Position numbers and translations under genes: made by a program
Part shown: positions 1-8,496 of the stretch, piece by piece
Numbering within the stretch: the stretch's first letter is position 1
Layout of the letters: each line of letters opens with the position of its first letter
Notes under the pieces: generated by a model
The model's database searches: none
The model's input: only the letters and a program-made list of their open reading frames with translations
What the model was told of the DNA's origin: nothing
Origin: Candidatus Wolfebacteria bacterium RIFCSPLOWO2_01_FULL_38_11
GTDB taxonomy: Bacteria > Patescibacteriota > Minisyncoccia > UBA6257 > UBA9933
Direction of reading: 5' to 3'
Assembly (NCBI GenBank): GCA_001793825.1
Contig: MGIQ01000023.1
Span: 3,450 to 47,845 of the forward strand
DNA length: 44,396 nt

Positions 1-278
1 TGGTAATCAGTTGGCAAATGATATTTTTCCACGTGCTCTTTTTCCGTGGCCGCTGGCGAAAGTCCAACCACAATTCCGCCGGCTGATTTTGCCCCTTTGG
101 CCGCCCAATAGGGAAATCCCGTTGTCGCGCCGTCAACCAGCACCGCGTCGTGTTTTACAATTTCCCTGCCTAATTCTTCCGCCACCGAAAAAGTGTCCGG
201 CCCGCAATGTCCGGTCTCAGCCGCTCCGGAAACGCAAATTTTATATTTATAAGTTGAATGGCAAATATTTTTTTCCAT
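1..278 (-). CDS. LOG/SLOG-family (TIGR00725-like) nucleotide-binding protein, 3' end runs off the window
   Basis: Not in ORF track. Manual translation from ATG at 278: MEKNICHSTYKYKICVSGAAETGHCGPDTFSVAEELGREIVKHDAVLVDGATTGFPYWAAKGAKSAGGIVVGLSP..., the typical SLOG N-terminal pattern. Confidence 0.75.
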   Translation of the reverse strand, partial: MEKNICHSTYKYKICVSGAAETGHCGPDTFSVAEELGREIVKHDAVLVDGATTGFPYWAAKGAKSAGGIVVGLSPAATEKEHVEKYHLPTDY

Positions 279-283
279 AATAA

Positions 284-367
284 ATCATCGAATAACGAAT
301 AAATTGCGAATTCACGAATAAACGAATTCGCAAATTCGTATATTCGTACAAATTCGCTATTCGTTGA
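284..367. repeat. Periodic CGAAT/ATTCG imperfect palindrome, copy 1
   Basis: Run of CGAAT units followed by ATTCG units at 7-10 nt period; near reverse complement of 1731-1816. Confidence 0.9.
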
Positions 368-1717
368 TTATAGCTCAAAACTATCTCCCCTTAAAGGAAC
401 TTCGGCTTCAACCGCCAATTCATCTATAATTTTTTGCGCCAAAGGAATTGACTGGTCTTCTTCTCCTTGGACTACAAAAACTTTTTTTAAGTTTCTTCTG
501 GCCGGCCTCAGCCAATCAACCAGTTTTTTCTGGTCGGCATGCGCTGAATATCCGCTGATATTTTTTATTTTGCAATTTACTTCCACTTCTTGCCCTAAAA
601 TTTTCACTTTTTTTGCGCCGTTAAGAATCTGCCGACCCAAAGAGCCGTTTGCCTGATAGCCGATAAATAAAATCGCGCTTTTTTTATCGGGCAAATATCG
701 GACTTCGTGATGCAGGATTCTGCCGCCTTGCGACATGCCTGATCCGGCAATAATAATTTTCGGCGCCGCCACATCGTTGATTTCTTTTGATTGCTCGGTT
801 GTCAGGGTAAATTTTAATCCCGGAAAATCAAAAATTGCGTCGCCTCCTTTCATTAAATCCAATGATTCTTTGTCGTAATAATCCGGATTTTGAGAATATT
901 TTTTATAAACTGCCGTGAGTTTTATCGCCAAAGGGCTGTCAATAAAAATCGGCGCTTTGGGAATCCGGCCGTTTTCCGCCAATTCATTTAATTCATATAA
1001 AAGTTCTTGCGTCCTTTCCATGGCAAAAGCCGGTATTAAAAGCACGCCTCGGGCTTTAATGGTTTCTTCCGCAATGTTTTCCAATAAATCTTTTCTAATT
1101 TCCAAATCTTCGTGGATTCTATTTCCGTAGGTTGACTCAATTACCGCGTAATCGGCCTCTGGAATTATTTCCGTGTCTTTGACAATCGGCGTTGCCACAT
1201 TGCCCAAATCTCCAGAAAAAACAATGCTTTTGCCATCCTCGCCGGAAACCTTAATGAAACTCGATCCTAAAATATGGCCGGCATCAAAAAATTCAATTTC
1301 AAATTCCTTAATCTTAAATTTTTCGCGATATCTTACCCCATCCCAAAGCTCCATTGTTTTGTCTATATCTTCCAGAGAATAAAGCTCTTGAGAATTATTT
1401 TCTTTATTGAGAATATGTTCGGAGTCGATTAAAAGATGTTCGCTAAATTCTTTAGTCGGCCGAGTGGAAAAAATTTTTCCCCCAAATCCGGCTTTATAAA
1501 GAAGAGGCAAGCGGCCGGTATGGTCAATGTGGGAATGAGTAATCAAAACTGCGTCAATTTCTTTTGGATTATAAGGGAACGGTTCAAAATTCCGCTTATC
1601 GCAAAAACTGCCGCCCTGGCAAAGCCCGCAGTCAATTAAAATTTTCGTTTTTCTTCCCTCTAATAAGTAATTGGCGCCGGTCACCATCCGCGCCGCGCCA
1701 TAAAAAGTAAGTTTCAT
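368..1717 (-). CDS. MBL-fold beta-CASP metallo-hydrolase (putative RNase)
   Basis: THSHIDH metal motif, AGHILGS, VFSGDLG, ESTYG, GYSAHAD. Confidence 0.9.
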   Translation of the reverse strand: MKLTFYGAARMVTGANYLLEGRKTKILIDCGLCQGGSFCDKRNFEPFPYNPKEIDAVLITHSHIDHTGRLPLLYKAGFGGKIFSTRPTKEFSEHLLIDSEHILNKENNSQELYSLEDIDKTMELWDGVRYREKFKIKEFEIEFFDAGHILGSSFIKVSGEDGKSIVFSGDLGNVATPIVKDTEIIPEADYAVIESTYGNRIHEDLEIRKDLLENIAEETIKARGVLLIPAFAMERTQELLYELNELAENGRIPKAPIFIDSPLAIKLTAVYKKYSQNPDYYDKESLDLMKGGDAIFDFPGLKFTLTTEQSKEINDVAAPKIIIAGSGMSQGGRILHHEVRYLPDKKSAILFIGYQANGSLGRQILNGAKKVKILGQEVEVNCKIKNISGYSAHADQKKLVDWLRPARRNLKKVFVVQGEEDQSIPLAQKIIDELAVEAEVPLRGDSFEL

Positions 1718-1730
1718 ACGCTATGCTTTA

Positions 1731-1816
1731 TCAACGAATAACGAATTTGTACGAATATACGAATTAGTAAATTCGTTTATTCGTACAAATTCGTAATTTA
1801 TTCGTTATTCGCTGAT
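1731..1816. repeat. Periodic CGAAT/ATTCG imperfect palindrome, copy 2 (inverted relative to copy 1)
   Basis: Hand alignment to the reverse complement of 284-367 gives about 7 mismatches plus a 2-nt indel over ~86 nt; supplies the tsaE stop codon. Confidence 0.9.
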
Positions 1817-2260
1817 TTTAATAATTCTCTCGCTTTCTTTTCTCCCGTACTTAAATTTTATCCAAATAGCGCTTTTTGGCAAATATTTTTTAATAATTCC
1901 CGGCCACTCAATTAAAACAATATTTTTAGAATTGCTTAAAATCTTTTCTAACCCCAAATTAAATAATTCTTTTGCATTTTTAATCCTATAACAATCAATA
2001 TGATGAATTAGTTTATAAGTTTTTAAGTTTGTAAGTTTGTAAGTTTTAATTAATACAAAAGTCGGGCTGGTAATTTTTTTCTTTATTCCCGCGCCTCTTA
2101 GAAATCCTTGGACAAAAGTTGTTTTGCCAGAACCCAAATTTCCGCTTAAAGCAATAATTAAAGCGCTTTTTTTAGAAAATTTGCTTTTAATAATTTCTTT
2201 TGCAAAAAGAAAAGCAAGCCGCTTGGCTTGTTCGTTTGACGTTGTTTTATGGGTAAACAT
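1805..2260 (-). CDS. tsaE: tRNA threonylcarbamoyladenosine biosynthesis ATPase TsaE
   Basis: GNLGSGKTTF P-loop, ITSPTF, HIDCYRI, LIEW motifs. Confidence 0.93.
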   Translation of the reverse strand: MFTHKTTSNEQAKRLAFLFAKEIIKSKFSKKSALIIALSGNLGSGKTTFVQGFLRGAGIKKKITSPTFVLIKTYKLTNLKTYKLIHHIDCYRIKNAKELFNLGLEKILSNSKNIVLIEWPGIIKKYLPKSAIWIKFKYGRKESERIIKISE

Positions 2261-2400
2261 CGGTAATCATTTTTTCTGGTATGCTGTTTTTAAAATTGTT
2301 TACCAATTTGCGCAAATAACCATAGACAGTATTCAGCGGACGACAGCGAAGGAAAATATAAGAAGTGTCAGGGGGGGGTGATCGTTGCAGTTAGTTGCTT

Positions 2401-3873
2401 TTAAAAACAAGTGGCTGTGCAAGGACCCCAATTACCATTAGTTTTATATAGCTGCCAAGTTGAATAATTTATTCCGCAATCGCCGCCACTGTCGGTTGAA
2501 ACATAACTAAGCCAACAAAGAGAGGTGTTGCTTGGCAATGAAACAGATGCCGGACCGCCTGGGCCAATAGTAACAGACTGGAAAGACGGACTAAATTTAA
2601 TATTTCCCGCCACATCTAATTTTGTTCCCGGATTCGTTGTCCCAATGCCAACATTGCCACTGGCATCCAAGCGTATTCCGCTGGTATCAGAACGCCAAGG
2701 GGCGATTACAAAACCAGCTCCGGGATTGTCTCTGGTTTGACCCATCCAAATTATGCCATTGTCATTGGCTTGAGTTATGTTGTTAAAAGCGCCTGATTCT
2801 AAATTAACCAATAATCCCGTAGAGCGACTGCTGTTGCCATAAACTCCGATGCCGTCATTGACGCCGGCAGTTGACACGGAAAATTTGACCAAAGGGTCCG
2901 TTGTCCCAATGCCGAAATTGGTGAAATTACCTCCAAAATTGGCTTTGCCGTCATTTTGAATATTCAAATCAATATAATCTCCTTCGTCATTGCTCCGGCC
3001 TCGGAAGGCCGTATTATATGATCCGGTTGTAGGGGCTTTGGATTCCAATCTGGCGGTTGGCGTTGTGGTGCCAATACCGACATTGCCGTTGTTGTCAATA
3101 ACCATTCTTTCAATTTGGTTGGTTGTAAAGTTGATTAAATCTGCTCCTCGGCTGAAGATGCCGGTATTAGGACTGTTGGTGAAAGTATAGCTGGGATTTT
3201 GATTGGAGCCGTCGTTCATCAAGATCTTTCTCCAGCCTGTGCCGCTGAAACTGCCGATATCGTATTGATTGCCTATTCCCGGCAATAAATCTGAATCAAA
3301 GGTGGCGGCTGAGACTCGGGCAACGGCGAATTTCAAAGCTCTTTGAGTGACTGATTGGGGATTTGTTGAGCTGGTTGTCAGTTGAATGTCAACTGATACC
3401 ACGTCATGCCCCGGATATTGGGAATATTTAGTGAATTCCAGATTATCAGCAACAACTTTACTATTTGTTAAATCGCTTACTCTGGGCGTTGAAGTTCCTT
3501 CCGACATCTTAATTGCTCCTGTTGCGCTGTCTTTCCAGATGACAATCGGGTCTCGGTCATTGGGAAGATCTAAGCCGGAATCTTCCATCCTTAAAACCAA
3601 TCTTGATTGAGGCGTGCCTTGCATCGCGTCATTGCTTACATCGCCTTCTGTTGAATTGGCTATTATTGCCGAAGAATCCCTTACTAATCTGGAAATTGTC
3701 TGATGAATAAAATTAAGCTGCGCCGTTGCTTCGGCGGAAGCTGTTTCCCTTTGGTTAACTCTTAAAATTGATGTTATGATTCCCACCATTAATCCGGAAA
3801 CAACGGAGAAAATGGAAATATAAATCAATAATTCTACTAAAGTAAAAGCTTTTGGGGATTTGGAGTCGCTCAT
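2401..3873 (-). CDS. Type IV pilin-like (prepilin N-terminus) protein fused to fibre-like GNVGIGTTxP repeats and a Cys-rich tip
   Basis: KA|FTLVELLIYISIF class III signal; three G(N/F)xGIGTTxP repeats; four Cys in the last 40 aa. Confidence 0.75.
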   Translation of the reverse strand: MSDSKSPKAFTLVELLIYISIFSVVSGLMVGIITSILRVNQRETASAEATAQLNFIHQTISRLVRDSSAIIANSTEGDVSNDAMQGTPQSRLVLRMEDSGLDLPNDRDPIVIWKDSATGAIKMSEGTSTPRVSDLTNSKVVADNLEFTKYSQYPGHDVVSVDIQLTTSSTNPQSVTQRALKFAVARVSAATFDSDLLPGIGNQYDIGSFSGTGWRKILMNDGSNQNPSYTFTNSPNTGIFSRGADLINFTTNQIERMVIDNNGNVGIGTTTPTARLESKAPTTGSYNTAFRGRSNDEGDYIDLNIQNDGKANFGGNFTNFGIGTTDPLVKFSVSTAGVNDGIGVYGNSSRSTGLLVNLESGAFNNITQANDNGIIWMGQTRDNPGAGFVIAPWRSDTSGIRLDASGNVGIGTTNPGTKLDVAGNIKFSPSFQSVTIGPGGPASVSLPSNTSLCWLSYVSTDSGGDCGINYSTWQLYKTNGNWGPCTATCF

Positions 3874-3880
3874 ATATAAA

Positions 3881-4897
3881 TTATATAAAACTTTTGATTA
3901 AAAGCCACCTCCTTGCTTCTTCTGTTGCCACTCTGCCGGAAGAAGTCCTGTGTAAAAATCCGATTTTAATCAAATACGGCTCGTAAACTTCTTCAATTAC
4001 CCCTTTTTCTTCTCCCAAAGCCGCTGACAAGGCATTAATCCCCGCTGGCCGGCCGTTAAATTTCTTAATCATTGTTTCTAAAAGCTTCCGGTCATGCGCT
4101 TCCAGCCCCATTTCATCGATTTCCAGCATCTCAAAAGTTTCTAAAACCGTTTCTTTTTTGATTATTTTTTCGTCTTTCATTTGAGCAACGTCTCTTGCTC
4201 TCTTCAGCAAACGATTGGCTGTTCTTGGAGTAAAACGCGCTGCTCGACCGATTAAAACCACTGCTTCCGGCTCAATTTTAATTTTTAAAATTTCCGCTGA
4301 TCGCCCGATAATTTCCTCAATTTCAGCTTTTTCGTAATAATCAAACCTAAAAATCGCTCCAAAGCGCGAACGCAAAGGGGATGATATTAAATTTACTCTT
4401 GTTGTCGCCGCTACCAAAGTAAAAGGCGGCAAATCCAGAAAAATTTGCCTTGCCGAAGGTCCTTTGCCAACCATTAATCCTATTTTCCCGTTATCCAAAG
4501 CCGAATAAAGCAATTCTTCAATCGGTCGGCTGATTCTATGCGCTTCGTCAATAAAAAAAACTTCTCCTTCTTCTAAATTTGAAAGAATAGCCGCTAAATC
4601 TCCAATTCTTGATAAAGTCGGAGCGGAAACAATTCTTAAATTCGCTTTCATTTCTTTGGCCACCAAAGATGCCAAAGTTGTTTTCCCCAATCCCGGTTGG
4701 CCGTAAAACAATAAATGATCGCTTGATTCGTTTCTTTTTTTAGCCGCTCCCAGCATAACCTTCAATCCTTTTTTTATTTTTTTCTGCCCAATATAATCAT
4801 CCCATGTTTCCGGCCTTAAAACCGAGTCGACAAACTCGTCTAATTGCCCTCCTTCCCCCGAATTTTTCTTAAATTCCTTAGTATTGACTTTTTTCAT
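3881..4897 (-). CDS. ruvB: Holliday junction branch migration helicase RuvB
   Basis: LRPETWDDYIGQ, GQPGLGKTTLA, FIDEAHR, PFTLVAATTR, EPYLIKIG. Confidence 0.97.
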   Translation of the reverse strand: MKKVNTKEFKKNSGEGGQLDEFVDSVLRPETWDDYIGQKKIKKGLKVMLGAAKKRNESSDHLLFYGQPGLGKTTLASLVAKEMKANLRIVSAPTLSRIGDLAAILSNLEEGEVFFIDEAHRISRPIEELLYSALDNGKIGLMVGKGPSARQIFLDLPPFTLVAATTRVNLISSPLRSRFGAIFRFDYYEKAEIEEIIGRSAEILKIKIEPEAVVLIGRAARFTPRTANRLLKRARDVAQMKDEKIIKKETVLETFEMLEIDEMGLEAHDRKLLETMIKKFNGRPAGINALSAALGEEKGVIEEVYEPYLIKIGFLHRTSSGRVATEEARRWLLIKSFI

Positions 4898-4912
4898 AAA
4901 TTATGCTAATGT
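4884..4912 (+). promoter_or_regulatory. sigma70-type promoter driving the intergenic RNA, overlapping the ruvB start codon
   Basis: TTGACT (4884-4889), 17 nt spacer, extended -10 TGc-TAATGT (4907-4912). Confidence 0.55.
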
Positions 4913-4918
4913 ATAATT

Positions 4919-5075
4919 TATTCGATTAATTGGGCCGTCTGGCCCTGTGGGCAAAAATGGAATTGTTTTTAGTTATCGGATGAGCTGGTTTCGGCTGGCT
5001 CTCTCCTCGAAACAATTCTTAATCTCTTTGACTTTCAAAGTTATCTGTGCCCACAGAGCTAGGCGGCTTTTTTAT
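4919..5075 (+). ncRNA. Candidate structured ncRNA with 6S RNA-like architecture
   Basis: 20-bp closing stem 4934-4953/5048-5067, inner stem 4960-4968/5010-5018, apical stem 4982-4989/4994-5001 with UUCG loop, small hairpin 5026-5040 in the central bubble, U-tract after 5067; G-U pairs favour the + strand. Confidence 0.6.
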
Positions 5076-5084
5076 TTTTTAAAT

Positions 5085-6809
5085 TTAAAATTGCATTCTT
5101 CCTGTCACTTCTTCCACTTCTTCAAAAGTTGTCATTCCGGAAATAATTTTTAATATTCCGTCTTGCTGCATTGTCGCCATACCTTGTTCTAAGGCAAATT
5201 TTTTTATCGCCGATTCCGGAGCGGATGAAAAAATCAGCTCATCCAATTCTTTATGCGAAGAAAGAGCAATATGGTTTGGATCAATTAAAAGTTTTTCGTA
5301 TTCCGGGTCGTTTAAAATCAATTCATAAATTCCGATTCTTCCCTTATATCCAGAATTATTGCATTTGTCGCATCCGCCCTTTGACGCGGAAAAAATTTTT
5401 ATTTCTTTGAATTTTTCTTTATTAACTCTTTTCGGCAATTGCTTTAAAAATTTTTCTATTTTTATTTTTAATTCATTGTCTGTTTCTTTGATTGTTTTGC
5501 AATTATCGCAGAGTTTTCTTACTAATCTTTGCGCGATTATTAAATTTAAAGCCGACCCGATGCTGGAAGATTTTACTCCTAAATCAACCAAGCGGGGGAT
5601 GGCTCCTGCCGCTGAATTGGCATGGATTGTGGAAAACACTAAATGTCCTGTTAAAGCCGCCTGAATTCCGATTTCTCCGGTTTCTTTATCTCTTATTTCT
5701 CCCACCAAAATCACGTCTGGATCCTGCCTCATTAAAGATTTTAATCCATCGGAAAAATTATAACCCGCCTCTTCGTCAACTTGCGTTTGCTCAATGCCTT
5801 CCAGATGATATTCAATCGGATCTTCAATGGTAATAATTTTTATTTTCGGAGTTTTTTTATGTTTTAAAAAAGCGTAAAGCGTTGTTGTTTTCCCCGAACC
5901 GGTTGGTCCGGTATTTAAAATCAGTCCGTTCGGCCTTTTCAATTCTGTTTTAATAATTTCCAAATCGTCTTCTCTTATTCCCAGCTCGCCCAAAGAAATA
6001 TTAATTGCCTCCGGATCGAGCAATCTCATCACCACCACTTCTCCGAATTCCGAAGGCGCGATTGCCACTCTTACTTCAACTTCCTTGTTTTCTAAATTAA
6101 TTGTAAATCTTCCGTCTTGCGGTTCGTCATAAATATTAATTTTTAAATTGGAAAGAAGTTTTATTTTTGAAAGCAATCGGAAGTAAAAACTTTTTTCTTG
6201 ATTTTCAAAAACATCGTGCAAAATTCCGTCAATCCTCAATCTTATTTTTATTTTTTTATCTATTGGTTCAAAATGAATATCTGAAGCCCGATTTGCCATT
6301 GCTCCCAATAAAATTAATTCCAAAATCATTGCCGCGTCAACCGTTGCCAAATTCATCAGCCCCAGCGCTTGATTTAGACCATCAAGCGAATTTATATTTT
6401 TTTTCAAATCGTTAATTTGACCGACGCTTATCTTTCCACTGATTTTTCCGGGCTCTTTGGAAACGAATTTATAAAAATCAAAAATATAATTCAATCCGGG
6501 CAAAGAAACAACAAAAATTGTCACTTGATATCCCTTTACTTCTAATTCTTCTTTTAATTTTTTTATTTCCTTGGATCCTGGATCATAAACCGCCACTGCC
6601 AACTTGTTTTCTTTAAGCTCAACAGCCGCCGCTTTTATTTTTTTTGCTCTTTCTTCCGCAATTATGGCTAGGGCTTCTGTGTTTATCGGCGTGGTAAAAA
6701 CATTAAGATAAGAAAGTTTGCTTTTTTCCGCCGCTCTTTTGGCATCACGCTCTTCCGCTTCGCGCTTCATTTGCTTTAACTTGTTTTTAATCTCCGCTAT
6801 TGGCTTCAT
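5085..6809 (-). CDS. pilB: Type IV pilus assembly ATPase PilB / GspE-PulE family
   Basis: ASDIHFEP, PQDGRF, GPTGSGKTTTLY, TIEDPIEY, RQDPDVILVGEIRD, CxxC...CxxC, GRIGIYE. Confidence 0.9.
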   Translation of the reverse strand: MKPIAEIKNKLKQMKREAEERDAKRAAEKSKLSYLNVFTTPINTEALAIIAEERAKKIKAAAVELKENKLAVAVYDPGSKEIKKLKEELEVKGYQVTIFVVSLPGLNYIFDFYKFVSKEPGKISGKISVGQINDLKKNINSLDGLNQALGLMNLATVDAAMILELILLGAMANRASDIHFEPIDKKIKIRLRIDGILHDVFENQEKSFYFRLLSKIKLLSNLKINIYDEPQDGRFTINLENKEVEVRVAIAPSEFGEVVVMRLLDPEAINISLGELGIREDDLEIIKTELKRPNGLILNTGPTGSGKTTTLYAFLKHKKTPKIKIITIEDPIEYHLEGIEQTQVDEEAGYNFSDGLKSLMRQDPDVILVGEIRDKETGEIGIQAALTGHLVFSTIHANSAAGAIPRLVDLGVKSSSIGSALNLIIAQRLVRKLCDNCKTIKETDNELKIKIEKFLKQLPKRVNKEKFKEIKIFSASKGGCDKCNNSGYKGRIGIYELILNDPEYEKLLIDPNHIALSSHKELDELIFSSAPESAIKKFALEQGMATMQQDGILKIISGMTTFEEVEEVTGRMQF

Positions 6810-6880
6810 AATATATTTAATTATAATAGATTGGTGGGTTTCTGCAATAAAATTTCCTTGTTTTAATTGGCTGAAAAAAG

Positions 6881-6947
6881 TTTTCCACAGCTAATCCCCA
6901 AATTTAAATTTTTTAGTGTTTGACTGGTTTTTCTCTGCCCTTATACT
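6881..6947 (+). promoter_or_regulatory. dnaA promoter with upstream DnaA boxes
   Basis: TTTTCCACA (6881-6889), degenerate TAATCCCCA (6892-6900), TTGACT-16-TATACT (6920-6947). Confidence 0.6.
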
Positions 6948-6977
6948 TATGATTAATTAATAAAATTTTATTAAGTT

Positions 6978-8348
6978 ATGTTATTTACTCCCGAACAACT
7001 TTGGCAAAGCGCTTTATCTGAAATTGAACTTCAAATTTCCCGGCCTAATTTCCTTACTTGGCTTAAAAACAGCCGATTAATCGAGAAAAAAGACACTGGA
7101 GAGATTCTTATTGGCCTTTCTAACAACTTCGCCAAGGAATGGGTGGAAAACAAATACCACAAATTAATCTTTGAAATTATTAAAAACCTCGATGACTCCA
7201 TTAAAAAAATAGAATATTCAGTTATTGGCGCCGCAAACCCGTCTTTTGAAAAAATTTCTCTTGAATCTATTGATATTAATATTGGACAACTGACATTTCC
7301 GGAGTTTAAGGTTGACCCTGAATCCGGCCTCCACCCCAAATACACGCTCGACTCTTTTATTGTCGGTTCTTCCAATGAATTGGCTTATGCCGCCAGCCTC
7401 GCTATTATTAAAAATGTCGGTAAAAAATATAATCCCTTTTTCATCTATGGCGGCACTGGTTTGGGTAAAACCCACCTAATTCAAGCCATTGGCAATGAAA
7501 TTAAAAAGGTTTACAAAAATAAAATTCAGATTAAATATGTTACTTGTGAAAAATTTGTCAACGATGTTGTCAACGCCATCAGAAATAAAAGGATGGAGGA
7601 TATTAAAAACAAATACCGCAATATTGATGTTTTAATTATTGACGATATCCAATTTATAGGCGGCAAAGAAAGAAGCGAAGAGGAATTTTTTCATACTTTC
7701 AATGTTTTGCATGAAAACAACAAGCAAATAATAATTTCTTCTGATAGGCCGCCAGCCGCTATCCCAACTCTTCATGAAAGATTACGTTCAAGATTTGAAG
7801 GAGGAATGGCCGCTGATATCACTTATCCGGATTTTGAAATGAGGATGGCGATTATTAAAACCAAACTTTCCCAAATGCAAAAAAATCTTCCCGACCAGTC
7901 AATTCAAACAATCGCCTCGAAGGTTCAAAGAAATATCAGGGAAATAGAAGGTATTTTAAATAAAATTTTATTCTACCAAGAAACAAAGGGTGTTGACCTC
8001 CAATCAAAAATTATTGAAGAGATAATTTCTAACACTATTCATCGGGTTGATAAAAAGGTTACCCCCAACCAAGTAATTAAAGCGATTGCTAATTTTTTTG
8101 AAGTTCTCCCCGAAGATATTTCCAACCACTCTCGAAGAAAAAAGGTGATGGAACCGCGCCAAATAACAATGTTTTTGCTTCGGGAAATGTTGGGGATGTC
8201 TTATCCGGATATTGGGGATAAAATCGGGAAAAGAGATCACACCACCGCTATCCATGCTTATGAAAAAATAGCTAATGAAATCAATAAAAATCAATCTTTA
8301 AACCAAAAAATTCTTTTAATTAAAGATATAATTTATGAAAGTTGTTGA
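6978..8348 (+). CDS. dnaA: Chromosomal replication initiator DnaA
   Basis: YNPFFIYGGTGLGKTHL, IDDIQF, EEFFHTFN, RLRSRFEGG, RDHTTAIHA. Confidence 0.98.
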   Translation: MLFTPEQLWQSALSEIELQISRPNFLTWLKNSRLIEKKDTGEILIGLSNNFAKEWVENKYHKLIFEIIKNLDDSIKKIEYSVIGAANPSFEKISLESIDINIGQLTFPEFKVDPESGLHPKYTLDSFIVGSSNELAYAASLAIIKNVGKKYNPFFIYGGTGLGKTHLIQAIGNEIKKVYKNKIQIKYVTCEKFVNDVVNAIRNKRMEDIKNKYRNIDVLIIDDIQFIGGKERSEEEFFHTFNVLHENNKQIIISSDRPPAAIPTLHERLRSRFEGGMAADITYPDFEMRMAIIKTKLSQMQKNLPDQSIQTIASKVQRNIREIEGILNKILFYQETKGVDLQSKIIEEIISNTIHRVDKKVTPNQVIKAIANFFEVLPEDISNHSRRKKVMEPRQITMFLLREMLGMSYPDIGDKIGKRDHTTAIHAYEKIANEINKNQSLNQKILLIKDIIYESC

Positions 8349-8496
8349 TTTTTTTTAACAGTTTTTAAAAAGTTTTCCCCAGTTAATAAAAAATAAAACT
8401 TTAATTTTCTTTAATAAAAACAAGTTAAATAAAAACTTATCCACAAATTAACACTCACTACTACAACTACAAATTATATTAATTAATATTAGTTAT
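8349..8496. other. Putative oriC unwinding region
   Basis: Perfect DnaA box TTATCCACA (8437-8445), DnaA-trio-like CTACTACAACTAC (8458-8470), then an AT-only cluster; very AT-rich dnaA-dnaN spacer. Confidence 0.75.

Noticed and set aside
11..280. + strand 89-aa ORF
   Set aside because: Shadow of the minus-strand LOG-family gene at 1-278.
284..367. Periodic repeats as a CRISPR array
   Set aside because: Units are 7-10 nt with no unique spacers, and no cas genes are present.
2261..3873. Pilin C-terminus as a DGR target or active shufflon
   Set aside because: No template repeat, reverse transcriptase, alternative inverted tips or adjacent recombinase seen in the window.
4919..5075. SRP RNA, tRNA or tmRNA identity for the intergenic RNA
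   Set aside because: No SRP domain IV GGAA-loop motif, no cloverleaf or T-loop, too short for tmRNA.
4947..5153. 68-aa + strand ORF
   Set aside because: No SD or recognisable motif, overlaps pilB, and crosses the U-tract; the region is better explained as structured RNA.
5373..5390. TCCGC...GCGGA hairpin in pilB as a repeat insertion
   Set aside because: Short, imperfect and no clear length insertion in the protein; may be chance.
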